Shown here: positions 20,618 through 29,849 of the stretch, one piece after another | Layout: each line of letters begins with the position of its first letter | Numbering within the stretch: position 1 is the first letter of the stretch | Source: Acetofilamentum sp. | GTDB lineage: Bacteria > Bacteroidota > Bacteroidia > Bacteroidales > DYOH01 | Assembly (NCBI GenBank): GCA_020720625.1 | Contig: DYOH01000005.1 | Span: 12,943-76,942, forward strand | DNA length: 64,000 nt | Reading direction: 5' to 3' | Notes under the pieces: generated by a model | What the model saw: only the letters and a program-made list of their open reading frames with translations | Databases searched by the model: none | Told to the model about the DNA's origin: nothing | Made by a program: the position numbers and the translations under genes

Positions 20618-22837
20618 ATGAAAAAAATAATTATTTTATTTATTGCGGGTTTGCTTTTCCATTCGGCTAATGCTCAAACTTTTGTTGAACAATGGACAGA
20701 CCTCATGAACCAGGGCAAAAACTACTATTTACAGGAAAAGTACTCTAATGCCATGGATGAGTTTAAAAAAGCTTCGTTAATTATTCCAACTGATACTTTA
20801 GCCTATACCTATATTATTAATTGTGCGCAATTTACAAAACAAGCAGGCGAAGCCTTTAAGGCCTTAAACAACCTGGCAAAATTGGAATTTAATTCATCTT
20901 TGCCATACGAAAACTGTTTGCCAATTTTGTTGAATAACAATTTCGGGATGGAAAATATTCTCCCGCTTTTTAAGGCAGCAAACACTAAATTTCCGAAGAA
21001 TGAAAGAATTTTCTTGCTCGAAATTCAGCTCTATCAAAAATACGGATTTACTACATTGTTTTTTGAGAAACTAAACACTTTTCGAATACTATTTCCGCGC
21101 AATTACGAGAGCTATTTACTTGAGATTAAAACACTAAATGAACAAATAAAAGACTCGGTAATGGCGTTTGATGTAATTAAAAAGGCACAAATTATTTTCC
21201 CCGATAGTCTTTCGTTTTTTAAGCTTGAGTATTCATATCAACTTAAAAGAAAAGAATACGACATGGCACGCCAATTAATTCAAAGTTTGATTGAAAAAGA
21301 CAAGCAAGATGCCGAATTGTTTTATAATTTAGCACTCTTATATTTTGAAGAAGAAAACTACGACGAAGCAATTGCAACCTGCCAGAAAGCCATCAACCTA
21401 AAGCCCGATTATGTAGAAGCCATATATAACGTAGGTACATTCTATTATTACGAAGGAATGGTTTATAACTCGGCCATTAGCGACATGACAGTGGGACAAT
21501 ACAAAGAAGAAGGAAAAGATTATCAGAATTCTGCCCTTGAAAATTTTCGTTTGGCAAAACCTTATTTCGAAAGTGCCATCGTATATAATCCTAGCGATTT
21601 GGATGCTTATGAAAACCTGAATACGATAAATGTGCTGATTCAAAATATTGAAAATACCATGTCGCAAAATCAGGATTGGACCGAGGAAAATACCCTTGAC
21701 TTGCCACTCTTTATTTCTAATCTTGCTATAAGCTATCAATCTATAGCCGGAGAATTAAGCAAGGATAGCAATGCTTTGGTACAATTTATTTTGAAAAATA
21801 TTACCGATAGCCTCCTTTCAAATGTAAATGTATATATTAATCAGCCAATTACAACACCCGGATTGCATTTCTCCGAAAAAATCACCATCGACAGCATTCT
21901 TCCCAAGGCCGACTTTGCGGTTTCTGTTGACTTAAGCTATAACTACAAAGCAGCGGAAGTTTCGGGTATAGAACTTGCCGATGGTGCTCAGGATAAGTTA
22001 AGATTTTTTGCCCAAATCGGAGATAAAAAAGTGGCCGATTTGCAGGAAATAAATGTTGCTATTAAAAGAAATACTCCTATAGAAGTGCATGCCGAAGAAG
22101 AAATGGTAAGCGACTCAATATTTATATCAATTCCAGCCAATTATCTCATAGCCATAGGATTAAGCGAATATCTTAATTGGCCTGCTATTGAATATGCTGC
22201 AGAAAGTGCCAAGGAATTCAAAAGAATTCTTACAGAAAAATACACTTTCGAAACCGATAATATTTATGAGCTATATAATAATGAAGCCACACACCAAAAT
22301 ATTAGAAATGCGCTTATCAAAATAAAAAACGAAATAAAATCAGATGATAACCTCATCATATATTTCTCGGGGCATGGTTTTTACAATGCGGCCTTCGATT
22401 ATGCAACCTGGGTTCCTTACAATGCAAATGTAGATGCACTCGAAGATTATATTGCTACTTCTCAGATTATCCAGTACTTATCGAGTATTAATGCAAAGCA
22501 CATTGTTATTTTCACAGATGCATGTTTCTCTGAATCGTTGTTTATGCCGGCAGAAAATTTCAGCTTTAGTACCGAAAATATTGACGAATCTTCCAGATGG
22601 GCATTTAGCTCGGGAAATATCGAATACCTTGCCGACGAAAATTTTAAAAAACCAAAAGCTTTTGTTGAAAAACTTTTTCAGGTTTTTACCGAAAGTAGCG
22701 CAACAAAACTTGCAATTAACGAAATTATCTACAAAACTACCGAAGCATTGAAACAACAAAACATTAGCAGTGCGATTGGCCGCCCGCTAAATATTCAGGA
22801 AAACTTTAGTGGACGTTACTTTTTTACAAAAAAATAG
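20618..22837 (+). CDS. Exported TPR-repeat protein with C-terminal caspase-like (peptidase C14) domain
   Basis: Signal peptide MKKIIILFIAGLLFHSANAQ and N-terminal TPR-like helices. The C-terminal His/Cys dyad context is LIIYFSGHG and HIVIFTDACFS. The domain is paralogous to the C-terminus of 43188-45131. Confidence 0.8.
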   Translation: MKKIIILFIAGLLFHSANAQTFVEQWTDLMNQGKNYYLQEKYSNAMDEFKKASLIIPTDTLAYTYIINCAQFTKQAGEAFKALNNLAKLEFNSSLPYENCLPILLNNNFGMENILPLFKAANTKFPKNERIFLLEIQLYQKYGFTTLFFEKLNTFRILFPRNYESYLLEIKTLNEQIKDSVMAFDVIKKAQIIFPDSLSFFKLEYSYQLKRKEYDMARQLIQSLIEKDKQDAELFYNLALLYFEEENYDEAIATCQKAINLKPDYVEAIYNVGTFYYYEGMVYNSAISDMTVGQYKEEGKDYQNSALENFRLAKPYFESAIVYNPSDLDAYENLNTINVLIQNIENTMSQNQDWTEENTLDLPLFISNLAISYQSIAGELSKDSNALVQFILKNITDSLLSNVNVYINQPITTPGLHFSEKITIDSILPKADFAVSVDLSYNYKAAEVSGIELADGAQDKLRFFAQIGDKKVADLQEINVAIKRNTPIEVHAEEEMVSDSIFISIPANYLIAIGLSEYLNWPAIEYAAESAKEFKRILTEKYTFETDNIYELYNNEATHQNIRNALIKIKNEIKSDDNLIIYFSGHGFYNAAFDYATWVPYNANVDALEDYIATSQIIQYLSSINAKHIVIFTDACFSESLFMPAENFSFSTENIDESSRWAFSSGNIEYLADENFKKPKAFVEKLFQVFTESSATKLAINEIIYKTTEALKQQNISSAIGRPLNIQENFSGRYFFTKK

Positions 22838-22849
22838 TAGAATTAGCAA

Positions 22850-22882
22850 AAAACGCCTTCCAATCCGTGAAGGCGTTTTTTA
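22850..22882. terminator. Bidirectional intrinsic terminator
   Basis: AAAACGCCTTC, loop caatccgt, GAAGGCGTTTT, flanked by an A-run and a T-run, between convergent genes. Confidence 0.75.
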
Positions 22883-22892
22883 ATAAAGTGTA

Positions 22893-23390
22893 TTACAAGT
22901 TATTTCTAATCTCTTGCTCTAATTTTCCACTGCCAGGCCAATTCGCATTGTTTTTAAGCAATTCCATCCTTTTGCCTAAAATCTGATAAAATGGAATTCC
23001 GTGTATGGCGTAGGCACTTTGAATAGCCGGCTTAAATTCCGGAATTAATCTAAAATGAATTCCATCGCCATTCAGTTTTTTAAGTGCATTTTTCCATTGC
23101 TGATGTTCCAAATCGGTAGATAAATACAAAAAAACCACCTTCTCGGTTTTAAGCGCCAGCTTTAATTTTTCGGAATACGGCATCTCTCTCCAACACGGCC
23201 CACACCAGTTTGCCCAATAATCGACCAAAACGATATTATTCTCAAAAGCTTTAAGTGTATCGGCAAGTAATAAAGTATCTCCCAATTGAGTAACTACTTT
23301 TGATTTAAGTAGTGTTTCGCTATTCAATTGGGCATGCATTTTCAAAGAAAAAAATGCAAGGAATAAAGCAAACAATAGAATTCTCATCAA
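22893..23390 (-). CDS. TlpA-like thiol:disulfide oxidoreductase (thioredoxin fold), exported
   Basis: Signal peptide plus the WCGPC active site (YWANWCGPCWREMP). Confidence 0.85.
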   Translation of the reverse strand: MMRILLFALFLAFFSLKMHAQLNSETLLKSKVVTQLGDTLLLADTLKAFENNIVLVDYWANWCGPCWREMPYSEKLKLALKTEKVVFLYLSTDLEHQQWKNALKKLNGDGIHFRLIPEFKPAIQSAYAIHGIPFYQILGKRMELLKNNANWPGSGKLEQEIRNNL

Positions 23391-23391
23391 T

Positions 23392-23742
23392 TTAACGAAT
23401 TAGAGTAACACTTACTTTATCAATTTTGCCACCCATGGGCGGATTTAATTTCGAAATTTTTATTTCGGCCTTATGAATTCCCTTTAGCTTGGTAAAAAGT
23501 TCATCGAGTATGCGACCGGCAATATGCTCCAACAGATGCGATTTTAATAACATCTGGCTTTTAATGATGTTGTAGGCGGTTTGATAATTTACAGCATCCT
23601 TTAGATCGTCGGATTTTGATGCTTGCTCGGTTTCAACTTCCATTCGAAGGTATACGATAAATCTGTTTCCAACAATTTGTTCTTCTTTGAAATGACCATG
23701 ATAGGCATAAAATTCCATGCCTTCAATTTCAATAATTCCCAT
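23392..23742 (-). CDS. folB: Dihydroneopterin aldolase
   Basis: 116 aa. IEGMEFYAYHGHFKEEQIVGNRF is typical of the FolB N-terminus. Size and C-terminal K-containing strand fit. Confidence 0.88.
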   Translation of the reverse strand: MGIIEIEGMEFYAYHGHFKEEQIVGNRFIVYLRMEVETEQASKSDDLKDAVNYQTAYNIIKSQMLLKSHLLEHIAGRILDELFTKLKGIHKAEIKISKLNPPMGGKIDKVSVTLIR

Positions 23743-23743
23743 A

Positions 23744-25294
23744 TCAGTTTTTTAATTTAGCTTTAAAAATAATTCTCTCTGAAGCATTGCTCTCTTTGTA
23801 AAAACGATTTAGTCCGGTAACGACTAAGGTATATTTTTCGGGAAAAAGAGCAAAACGCTTTACCGCAAAGGTATATACATTTGAATTTACGATGTCGTGC
23901 AAATAAATTGGCTCAACAATACTTTGGCTTGAACTGCCTTTACTCAGATAAACAGCAAAATATGAAGCAGTATCGGCTAAATGATTATTCATTGATTCCC
24001 AAAAAACAAATAATTCTTTCCCTTTCTTCTCGGTTTTTAGTTCTGAGGGCTTTGTAGGAGCATAATTTTGAGTAGTTTGTGGTACTTTAGGAAAACTCTT
24101 ATACTTAAGTTGATTATTTACAATAGAATCTGTAAGCCCACTATTGTTTTTTAAAAACGAAGTGGTATTGTAAAATACAACTCCGCCAAAATTTGATGAA
24201 TTGCGCGAAATTTCAATTTGATTCGGAATTTCAGCCATGTTGCGCCATTGTTCGTTTTTTGCATCGGCTGCAGCCATATAATAGGCATGCCCGGTATAAA
24301 GCATAATTCCATGATTATTTTTGTTCCACCAATCAGCCAAAACCTGAAAAGAGGCCGCCGGATAATTTACCGGCCAATAAATTTGCGGACTAACATAATC
24401 TACCCATTTTTGCTCCATCCAATAGAGCACATCTGCATACAAATGATCGTAATTGGCCAAACCATTGGTTGCCGATCCACGAGGGTCTTGTGCTGCATTT
24501 CGCCAAATGCCAAAAGGAGCAATTCCAAACTGCACATGAGGCTTCGTTTTTTTTATACTTTCGGCAATTGCCTTCACAGTGGCATTTACATTGTAAATGC
24601 GCCACTCCATAAGCTGATTAGGAAAATATTTACCTCCATAGGTTTTAAAAGCAGCAGAATCATTAAAAGTTTCATTAGCAATTGGATAAGGATAAAAATA
24701 ATCATCCATGTGAATGGCATCTATATCATACTTCTTTACTAAATCTGCCACTATCATAGCAATATATTTTCTCACTTCGGGCAAGCCCGGATTAGCATAA
24801 ATGTCGTTACCGTAATTTACAGTCCATTCCGGATGTTTTCGAACCAAATGATTTTCGGAAATCTGACTATGCAATTTATTAGATACCAGGCGATAAGGAT
24901 TAATCCAGGCATGTACTTGCATACCGCGCTTATGGGCTTCTAAAACCATGGTATGTAGCGGGTCGAAAAAACCTTCGGGAGCTTTACCTTGCTCTCCGGT
25001 AAGCCATTCCGACCAAGGTTCGAAAGCAGAATTATAATATGCATCGGCCGATGGTCGCACTTGAAAAATGATGGTATTAATATTATTTTTATACAAATTA
25101 TCAATCAAACTAATTAATTCGGTTTCTTGCTTTGCGCTTCCGCTAGTAGGCGATTTTGGCCAATCAATATTTTTTACCGTGGCAATCCAAACGCCGCGGG
25201 TTTCGTATTTTATCTGTGCCTGGGCAGATAAATTAAAGGATATCATCAACAAAAAAAATATACCATCTTTTTTCAAATATTTTCTAAACTTCAT
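23744..25294 (-). CDS. Glycoside hydrolase-like GHL10 (YngK-like) family exported protein
   Basis: Signal peptide, then RGVWIATVKNIDWP, a TIM-barrel-like pattern (HAWINPYR, DAIHMDDYFYP), and a C-terminal beta-sandwich. Confidence 0.78.
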   Translation of the reverse strand: MKFRKYLKKDGIFFLLMISFNLSAQAQIKYETRGVWIATVKNIDWPKSPTSGSAKQETELISLIDNLYKNNINTIIFQVRPSADAYYNSAFEPWSEWLTGEQGKAPEGFFDPLHTMVLEAHKRGMQVHAWINPYRLVSNKLHSQISENHLVRKHPEWTVNYGNDIYANPGLPEVRKYIAMIVADLVKKYDIDAIHMDDYFYPYPIANETFNDSAAFKTYGGKYFPNQLMEWRIYNVNATVKAIAESIKKTKPHVQFGIAPFGIWRNAAQDPRGSATNGLANYDHLYADVLYWMEQKWVDYVSPQIYWPVNYPAASFQVLADWWNKNNHGIMLYTGHAYYMAAADAKNEQWRNMAEIPNQIEISRNSSNFGGVVFYNTTSFLKNNSGLTDSIVNNQLKYKSFPKVPQTTQNYAPTKPSELKTEKKGKELFVFWESMNNHLADTASYFAVYLSKGSSSQSIVEPIYLHDIVNSNVYTFAVKRFALFPEKYTLVVTGLNRFYKESNASERIIFKAKLKN

Positions 25295-25344
25295 CGCATT
25301 TTCTTTTCTTATTGAACATCTAAAGTAAATATAAAAATCATATA

Positions 25345-25390
25345 TTTAGACCAAAATTTTAGACCAAAATTTTAGCTTAAAATTTTAGGA
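25345..25390. repeat. 13-bp tandem repeat, 3.5 units (TTTAGACCAAAAT x2, TTTAGCTTAAAAT, TTTAGGA..) in a divergent intergenic region
   Basis: Read directly: units start at 25345, 25358, 25371 and 25384. The array sits 40 nt upstream of the ATG at 25431 and 51 nt upstream of the minus-strand start at 25294. Confidence 0.85.
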
Positions 25391-25430
25391 ATTGAATGCC
25401 AATTTTGATTTTTAATATATAACCCTAGTA

Positions 25431-25658
25431 ATGAAAGAGTATACCAAATTCCAATTAGCTTTGCGCAATGGACAAGATATGAACGAAATATGGATTGCTT
25501 TCGAAGGCAATATTTACGATGTAAGCGAAAGCCGAATGTGGCGAAATGGAAAACACTACGAACATTGGGCAGGCCAGGATCTTACAGAAGAATTAATAAA
25601 TGCCCCGCACAAAGATTGGGTATTTGGGAAATTTGAGATAGTTGGGAAATTGATTTGA
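25431..25658 (+). CDS. Cytochrome b5-like heme/steroid-binding domain protein
   Basis: 75 aa. The motif NGQDMNEIWIAFEGNIYDVSESRMWRNGKHYEHWAGQDLTEEL matches the small bacterial cyt-b5-like family pattern. Confidence 0.7.
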   Translation: MKEYTKFQLALRNGQDMNEIWIAFEGNIYDVSESRMWRNGKHYEHWAGQDLTEELINAPHKDWVFGKFEIVGKLI

Positions 25659-25738
25659 ATAAAATATGTGTAAGTATTTTTTTCTTTTTATCTTTAATGC
25701 AAACAAAACAGAATATTTCTTATAAATAAGTAAATTAG

Positions 25739-26599
25739 ATGAACGAAATTCAAAAAACTGAAATTCAATATATAGACATAGATAAAATTCTTGAAAAAAG
25801 AAATCCGAAGCTAAAAAAATGGCTTCCGGCTTTTATGATTCGATATATCAAAAAAATTGCACATCAGGAAGAGATTAATGCCTATTTAGATAAACATGGC
25901 TCAAAGATAGGCCGCCCATTTTTAGAAGGTGTATTTGAAGAATTCAATATTCAAACAGAAATTATTGGAATAGAAAATTTGCCTAAAAATAATAAATTGA
26001 TTTTTGCGGCAAATCACCCTCTTGGAGGAATAGACGGAGCGGCATTTATTTATGAAATCGGAAAATTTTATCCCAATATAAAAACCATTATTAATGATTT
26101 GCTGCTGAATGTAAAAAATATGGAAGGAATTTTTGTGGGTGTAAATTCGTTTGGCAAGAATACCAGAGAGCATCTTTTAGGGATAGAAAAAATGTTTAAC
26201 TCTGATGCGCAAATACTAATGTTTCCGTCGGGATTTGTTTCGAGACGACAAAAAGGAATAATTATGGATTTGGAATGGAAAAAAACATTTATTGATTGGT
26301 CTCGAAAATACCAAAGAGATATTATTCCAGTACATTTTAGTGGAAGAATTAGCAATTTTTTTTACAACTTTGCCAACTTACGTAAATTTTTCGGAGTAAA
26401 GGCAAATTTAGAAATGTTCTACTTAGTAAACGAAATGTTTAAGCATCGGGGCGGAAAACTTACCATAACTATTGGGAAGCCAATTCCGTACACCACATTC
26501 TTAAATCCAAACATTAAACCAACAGAATGGGCAGATTATATACGTGCACATGTATACAAATTGGCACAGAACCCAAAAGAATCATTTAGTATAAATTAA
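25739..26599 (+). CDS. Lysophospholipid/lyso-lipoamino-acid O-acyltransferase (PlsC family; GlsA/OlsA-like)
   Basis: Acyltransferase histidine box AANHPLGGIDG and MFPSGFVSRR. It lies 13 nt upstream of a hemolysin-like GNAT N-acyltransferase. Confidence 0.82.
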   Translation: MNEIQKTEIQYIDIDKILEKRNPKLKKWLPAFMIRYIKKIAHQEEINAYLDKHGSKIGRPFLEGVFEEFNIQTEIIGIENLPKNNKLIFAANHPLGGIDGAAFIYEIGKFYPNIKTIINDLLLNVKNMEGIFVGVNSFGKNTREHLLGIEKMFNSDAQILMFPSGFVSRRQKGIIMDLEWKKTFIDWSRKYQRDIIPVHFSGRISNFFYNFANLRKFFGVKANLEMFYLVNEMFKHRGGKLTITIGKPIPYTTFLNPNIKPTEWADYIRAHVYKLAQNPKESFSIN

Positions 26600-26612
26600 T
26601 TTTTGCATATAT

Positions 26613-27530
26613 ATGAAAGAACTTGCAGACGAGGCAAATAAGGAACAGCTAATACATGAACTCCAGAATGTTGAAATGCTGAGAAAAACCAATTATGGAC
26701 AAAATGAGCTTTATATTTTTACTGCACAACAGGCTCCGAAATTAATGCACGAAGTAGGTCGTTTGAGAGAAATGACTTTTAGAAGGGCCGGAGGAGGCAC
26801 AGGAAAAGATGTTGATATTGATGCCTACGACACTACAGAAAATCCTTATTATCAATTAATAGTCTGGGAACCCGAACAGCAAATTATTTTAGGCGGATAT
26901 AGATACATAGATTGCGCCAACATTCACATGGATAATCCAAAAGAAATAAAGCTAGCCACCCAAGGATTATTTTCTTTCTCTGAAAAATTTATTGAGCAAT
27001 TCCTGCCATACACCTTAGAGCTTGGTCGCTCTTTTGTACGGCCAGATTACCAGTCGACTCAAAGTGCCCGAAAAGCTATATACACTTTAGATAATCTTTG
27101 GGACGGATTGGGCGCTTTAATATTAAAGCACAAACAAGCAAAGTACTTTTTTGGAAAAGTAACCATGTATGATACCTTTAATACTGAAGCCCGCGATTTA
27201 TTGCTCTATTTCTTAAAAAAAATGTTCCCGGATCATGATAAACTTGTCTATCCAAATGAGCCACTTGAATTTGCAACTTCTTTGGATAAGCTCGAAAAAT
27301 TTTTCAATCATGGAAATTTTAAGGACGATTACAAAGAATTATCCTACTCGATTAGAAATCTGGGTGAAAAAATTCCACCACTCATAAATTCGTATATGAA
27401 TATATCGCCAAATATGAGAACTTTTGGAACAGCAATTAATCATCATTTTGGGGCGGTTGAAGAAACAGGTATTCTTATTACAATAGACGATATTTTTCAG
27501 GAAAAAAAAGAAAGACATATTAGTCTTTAA
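26613..27530 (+). CDS. GNAT-fold N-acyltransferase (hemolysin-like; GlsB/OlsB-like lipoamino-acid synthase)
   Basis: About 305 aa. VGRLREMTFRRAGGGTGKDVDIDAYD and LELGRSFVRPDYQ resemble the OlsB/hemolysin-like acyl-ACP N-acyltransferase family. It is paired with a PlsC-type gene. Confidence 0.78.
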   Translation: MKELADEANKEQLIHELQNVEMLRKTNYGQNELYIFTAQQAPKLMHEVGRLREMTFRRAGGGTGKDVDIDAYDTTENPYYQLIVWEPEQQIILGGYRYIDCANIHMDNPKEIKLATQGLFSFSEKFIEQFLPYTLELGRSFVRPDYQSTQSARKAIYTLDNLWDGLGALILKHKQAKYFFGKVTMYDTFNTEARDLLLYFLKKMFPDHDKLVYPNEPLEFATSLDKLEKFFNHGNFKDDYKELSYSIRNLGEKIPPLINSYMNISPNMRTFGTAINHHFGAVEETGILITIDDIFQEKKERHISL

Positions 27531-27535
27531 TTTGA

Positions 27536-27573
27536 ATAAAAAAACCGGAGAATTTTTATATTCTCCGGTTTGG
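27536..27573. terminator. Bidirectional intrinsic terminator
   Basis: AACCGGAGAAT (27543-27553), loop ttttat, ATTCTCCGGTT (27560-27570). An A-run lies 5' on the plus strand, which is a 7-T run for the minus-strand gene; TTTGGTTTG lies 3'. Confidence 0.75.
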
Positions 27574-27593
27574 TTTGTTATTATCAAACCTAA

Positions 27594-29813
27594 TTATTCT
27601 ATCTTCAAAGTACTTAATTCTTCATCGAGCATTATAAATACAGGCGTATTTCGGGCCTGAAAATTTTTGCCGTATTGACCAATAATGGTAAATGTGGCAC
27701 TATTAAGCTTGCGGGCATGAATGGCAAAAACATCCGAAGGAAGTTGAAATTCCTTAACTTTTAAGGCTTTACCATCAATATTCACAGAAATTACAGAAAT
27801 TTGCATTTTCTGTCCGGTTTGGTACTGTATTTTTCCGTCTATTGCACCAAAAAAACCGTTTGAATTGGCAATCAAAAACATTTTGTCGCCAAAAAATAAT
27901 AAGTCTACAATCTCACCATCAAAAGAAACAGAGAAAGAATCTGCCCAAATATCTTTTCCATCCAACGAAATTCTTCGCAAAGCAATATTATTCGCATTTG
28001 CTGACTTATTCTGCGTCAAAACTGTAAACACCTGAGCAATATCATCGTACAAGAAATGAGTAATTTTTCCATTGCACGGAACCCGAAACATCTCTTTCTG
28101 GTCTCCGCTACCAGAAAGTTGTGTAACTATTAATTCCTTGTCTGACTGAGCAGCAACAAATATGTTTTGTTCATTTAGCAATATTCCAGAAACATTCACG
28201 TGTGCGCCTTCGGATTTAATGCTTCGCACCCAAGCTGCTTTATTATTTTTGATATAGGCCACAAATCCGGCATCGTTTGGCTGGTTTTCCGGTTTTATTT
28301 TTCCACCTACAAACTGAAATTTGGGTGTTTCCAAAAAGGTTGACGAAACAAACTTTGCAGAAGAATCAGCAGCATTTTGAAACATAGCGATAGAATCTTT
28401 CTCAAATTGAGCATAAGAATTTTTTAAATAATACCTGCTCTTAATATTAAGCAAAATCTGAATATAATTATTCAAAAAACGATTTAAAAACAAAGCATCT
28501 TGCTTGTTGTTATTTTCGGTTTGAGCAACAAAATTTTCTTTATTTTTATACTGATTTTCAATTAAATCCATATACTTTTCGATTCCTACTGTTTTTACAG
28601 TGGCACTAAAAACATTCAATTTTTTATCGAGAATTGTTTTTAAATCCGAAACTTTTTTGGCCTGAACTCCTATATCTGTTAAATCATATTCTTTAAAACT
28701 AATCACAGGGTCGAGATAATAGCTTTTGCCTGCTTTCAGGAAATCTATTTTCGACGACTTATAATCGAACAAAGCCACCACAGGCGATTCAAAATCGTAT
28801 TTCGACATTTCGTTAAGTACACTCACCTGAGGGGCATAAAATTGGATGGAATCTACCCTTTGCTTAGCATTAATAATTTCATCTACAGCCTTATTCAAAT
28901 TGGCATCTGCTTCAATCATTTTTTTACGTAGCGGATATATTTCTCTGTTTATTACCTCTTTATATTCGTTTACCCATTTACCAAAATCCCAAAGATAAAA
29001 GCTGTTATAAAGAAACGAAACGCTAGTTAAACCTTCAAGCCTGTATGTTTCAATATTCTTGAGAACATATTCGGGTTTGTAATTTTTTATGGGATAGTTA
29101 ATTAATGCATTCTGGTAGTGGGTTAGAAAATATTTTGTTGAATCAAAATCCATTCTAAGCTGTTCTAGTTTATCTAATAATTTCTTGTCAGTGAATAAAT
29201 ATAAATCCTTTACTTTAGACTGATTATTAAGAATTTGCCGGAAATTTTGAATGCAATTATCGTAGAAATAGGCACTTTTCTTAAAATAATGGGTAATAAT
29301 CAATACATTGTTTTGATATTCGTCGTTTGCCAATATTCTTTTATCAATATCCATTATAATATCTTCATAACCAGGCTTTTTACTGCCATCCACCACCTGA
29401 ACATCCTGATAGTATACGGCATCTTTATTTGATACTTTTCCTTTTTGCTCCAGATAAAATTTAGCTAAACCATAATAATTCTTAGTTTCACGTGTGAAAT
29501 AATTCACCAGATTGGGATACAACATAGGGTCAAAACGTTTGGAAAACATTTCGGTAATGCGACCCAATTGATAATAAACATTCGGATGATCGGGATTGTA
29601 AAACTGAAACTCTTTCAAAATCATAAAAGTCTCTTCGGATGATTTTGTGCCAATGGCATCATAAACATCTTTATACTTGAGCGAACTCTGCGCTATCAGA
29701 TGCTTTCCAAGGGTCAACTGCAAAAATAGCATGGCAGCCATCAAACCAAAAATCCTACTGATTTTTTTGTAGCGAATTTTGTAAATAATTTGAAGCATAT
29801 TTTTCATTTTCAT
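27594..29813 (-). CDS. Hypothetical exported/anchored protein (helical N-half, beta-rich C-half)
   Basis: 739-aa uninterrupted ORF with an N-terminal hydrophobic segment (IFGLMAAMLFLQLTL), 36 nt downstream of the OmpA-family gene on the same strand. I recognise no family. Confidence 0.65.
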   Translation of the reverse strand: MKMKNMLQIIYKIRYKKISRIFGLMAAMLFLQLTLGKHLIAQSSLKYKDVYDAIGTKSSEETFMILKEFQFYNPDHPNVYYQLGRITEMFSKRFDPMLYPNLVNYFTRETKNYYGLAKFYLEQKGKVSNKDAVYYQDVQVVDGSKKPGYEDIIMDIDKRILANDEYQNNVLIITHYFKKSAYFYDNCIQNFRQILNNQSKVKDLYLFTDKKLLDKLEQLRMDFDSTKYFLTHYQNALINYPIKNYKPEYVLKNIETYRLEGLTSVSFLYNSFYLWDFGKWVNEYKEVINREIYPLRKKMIEADANLNKAVDEIINAKQRVDSIQFYAPQVSVLNEMSKYDFESPVVALFDYKSSKIDFLKAGKSYYLDPVISFKEYDLTDIGVQAKKVSDLKTILDKKLNVFSATVKTVGIEKYMDLIENQYKNKENFVAQTENNNKQDALFLNRFLNNYIQILLNIKSRYYLKNSYAQFEKDSIAMFQNAADSSAKFVSSTFLETPKFQFVGGKIKPENQPNDAGFVAYIKNNKAAWVRSIKSEGAHVNVSGILLNEQNIFVAAQSDKELIVTQLSGSGDQKEMFRVPCNGKITHFLYDDIAQVFTVLTQNKSANANNIALRRISLDGKDIWADSFSVSFDGEIVDLLFFGDKMFLIANSNGFFGAIDGKIQYQTGQKMQISVISVNIDGKALKVKEFQLPSDVFAIHARKLNSATFTIIGQYGKNFQARNTPVFIMLDEELSTLKIE

Positions 29814-29849
29814 TGTATATTTCTTTCTAAATATCTAATTCTGCAATTC

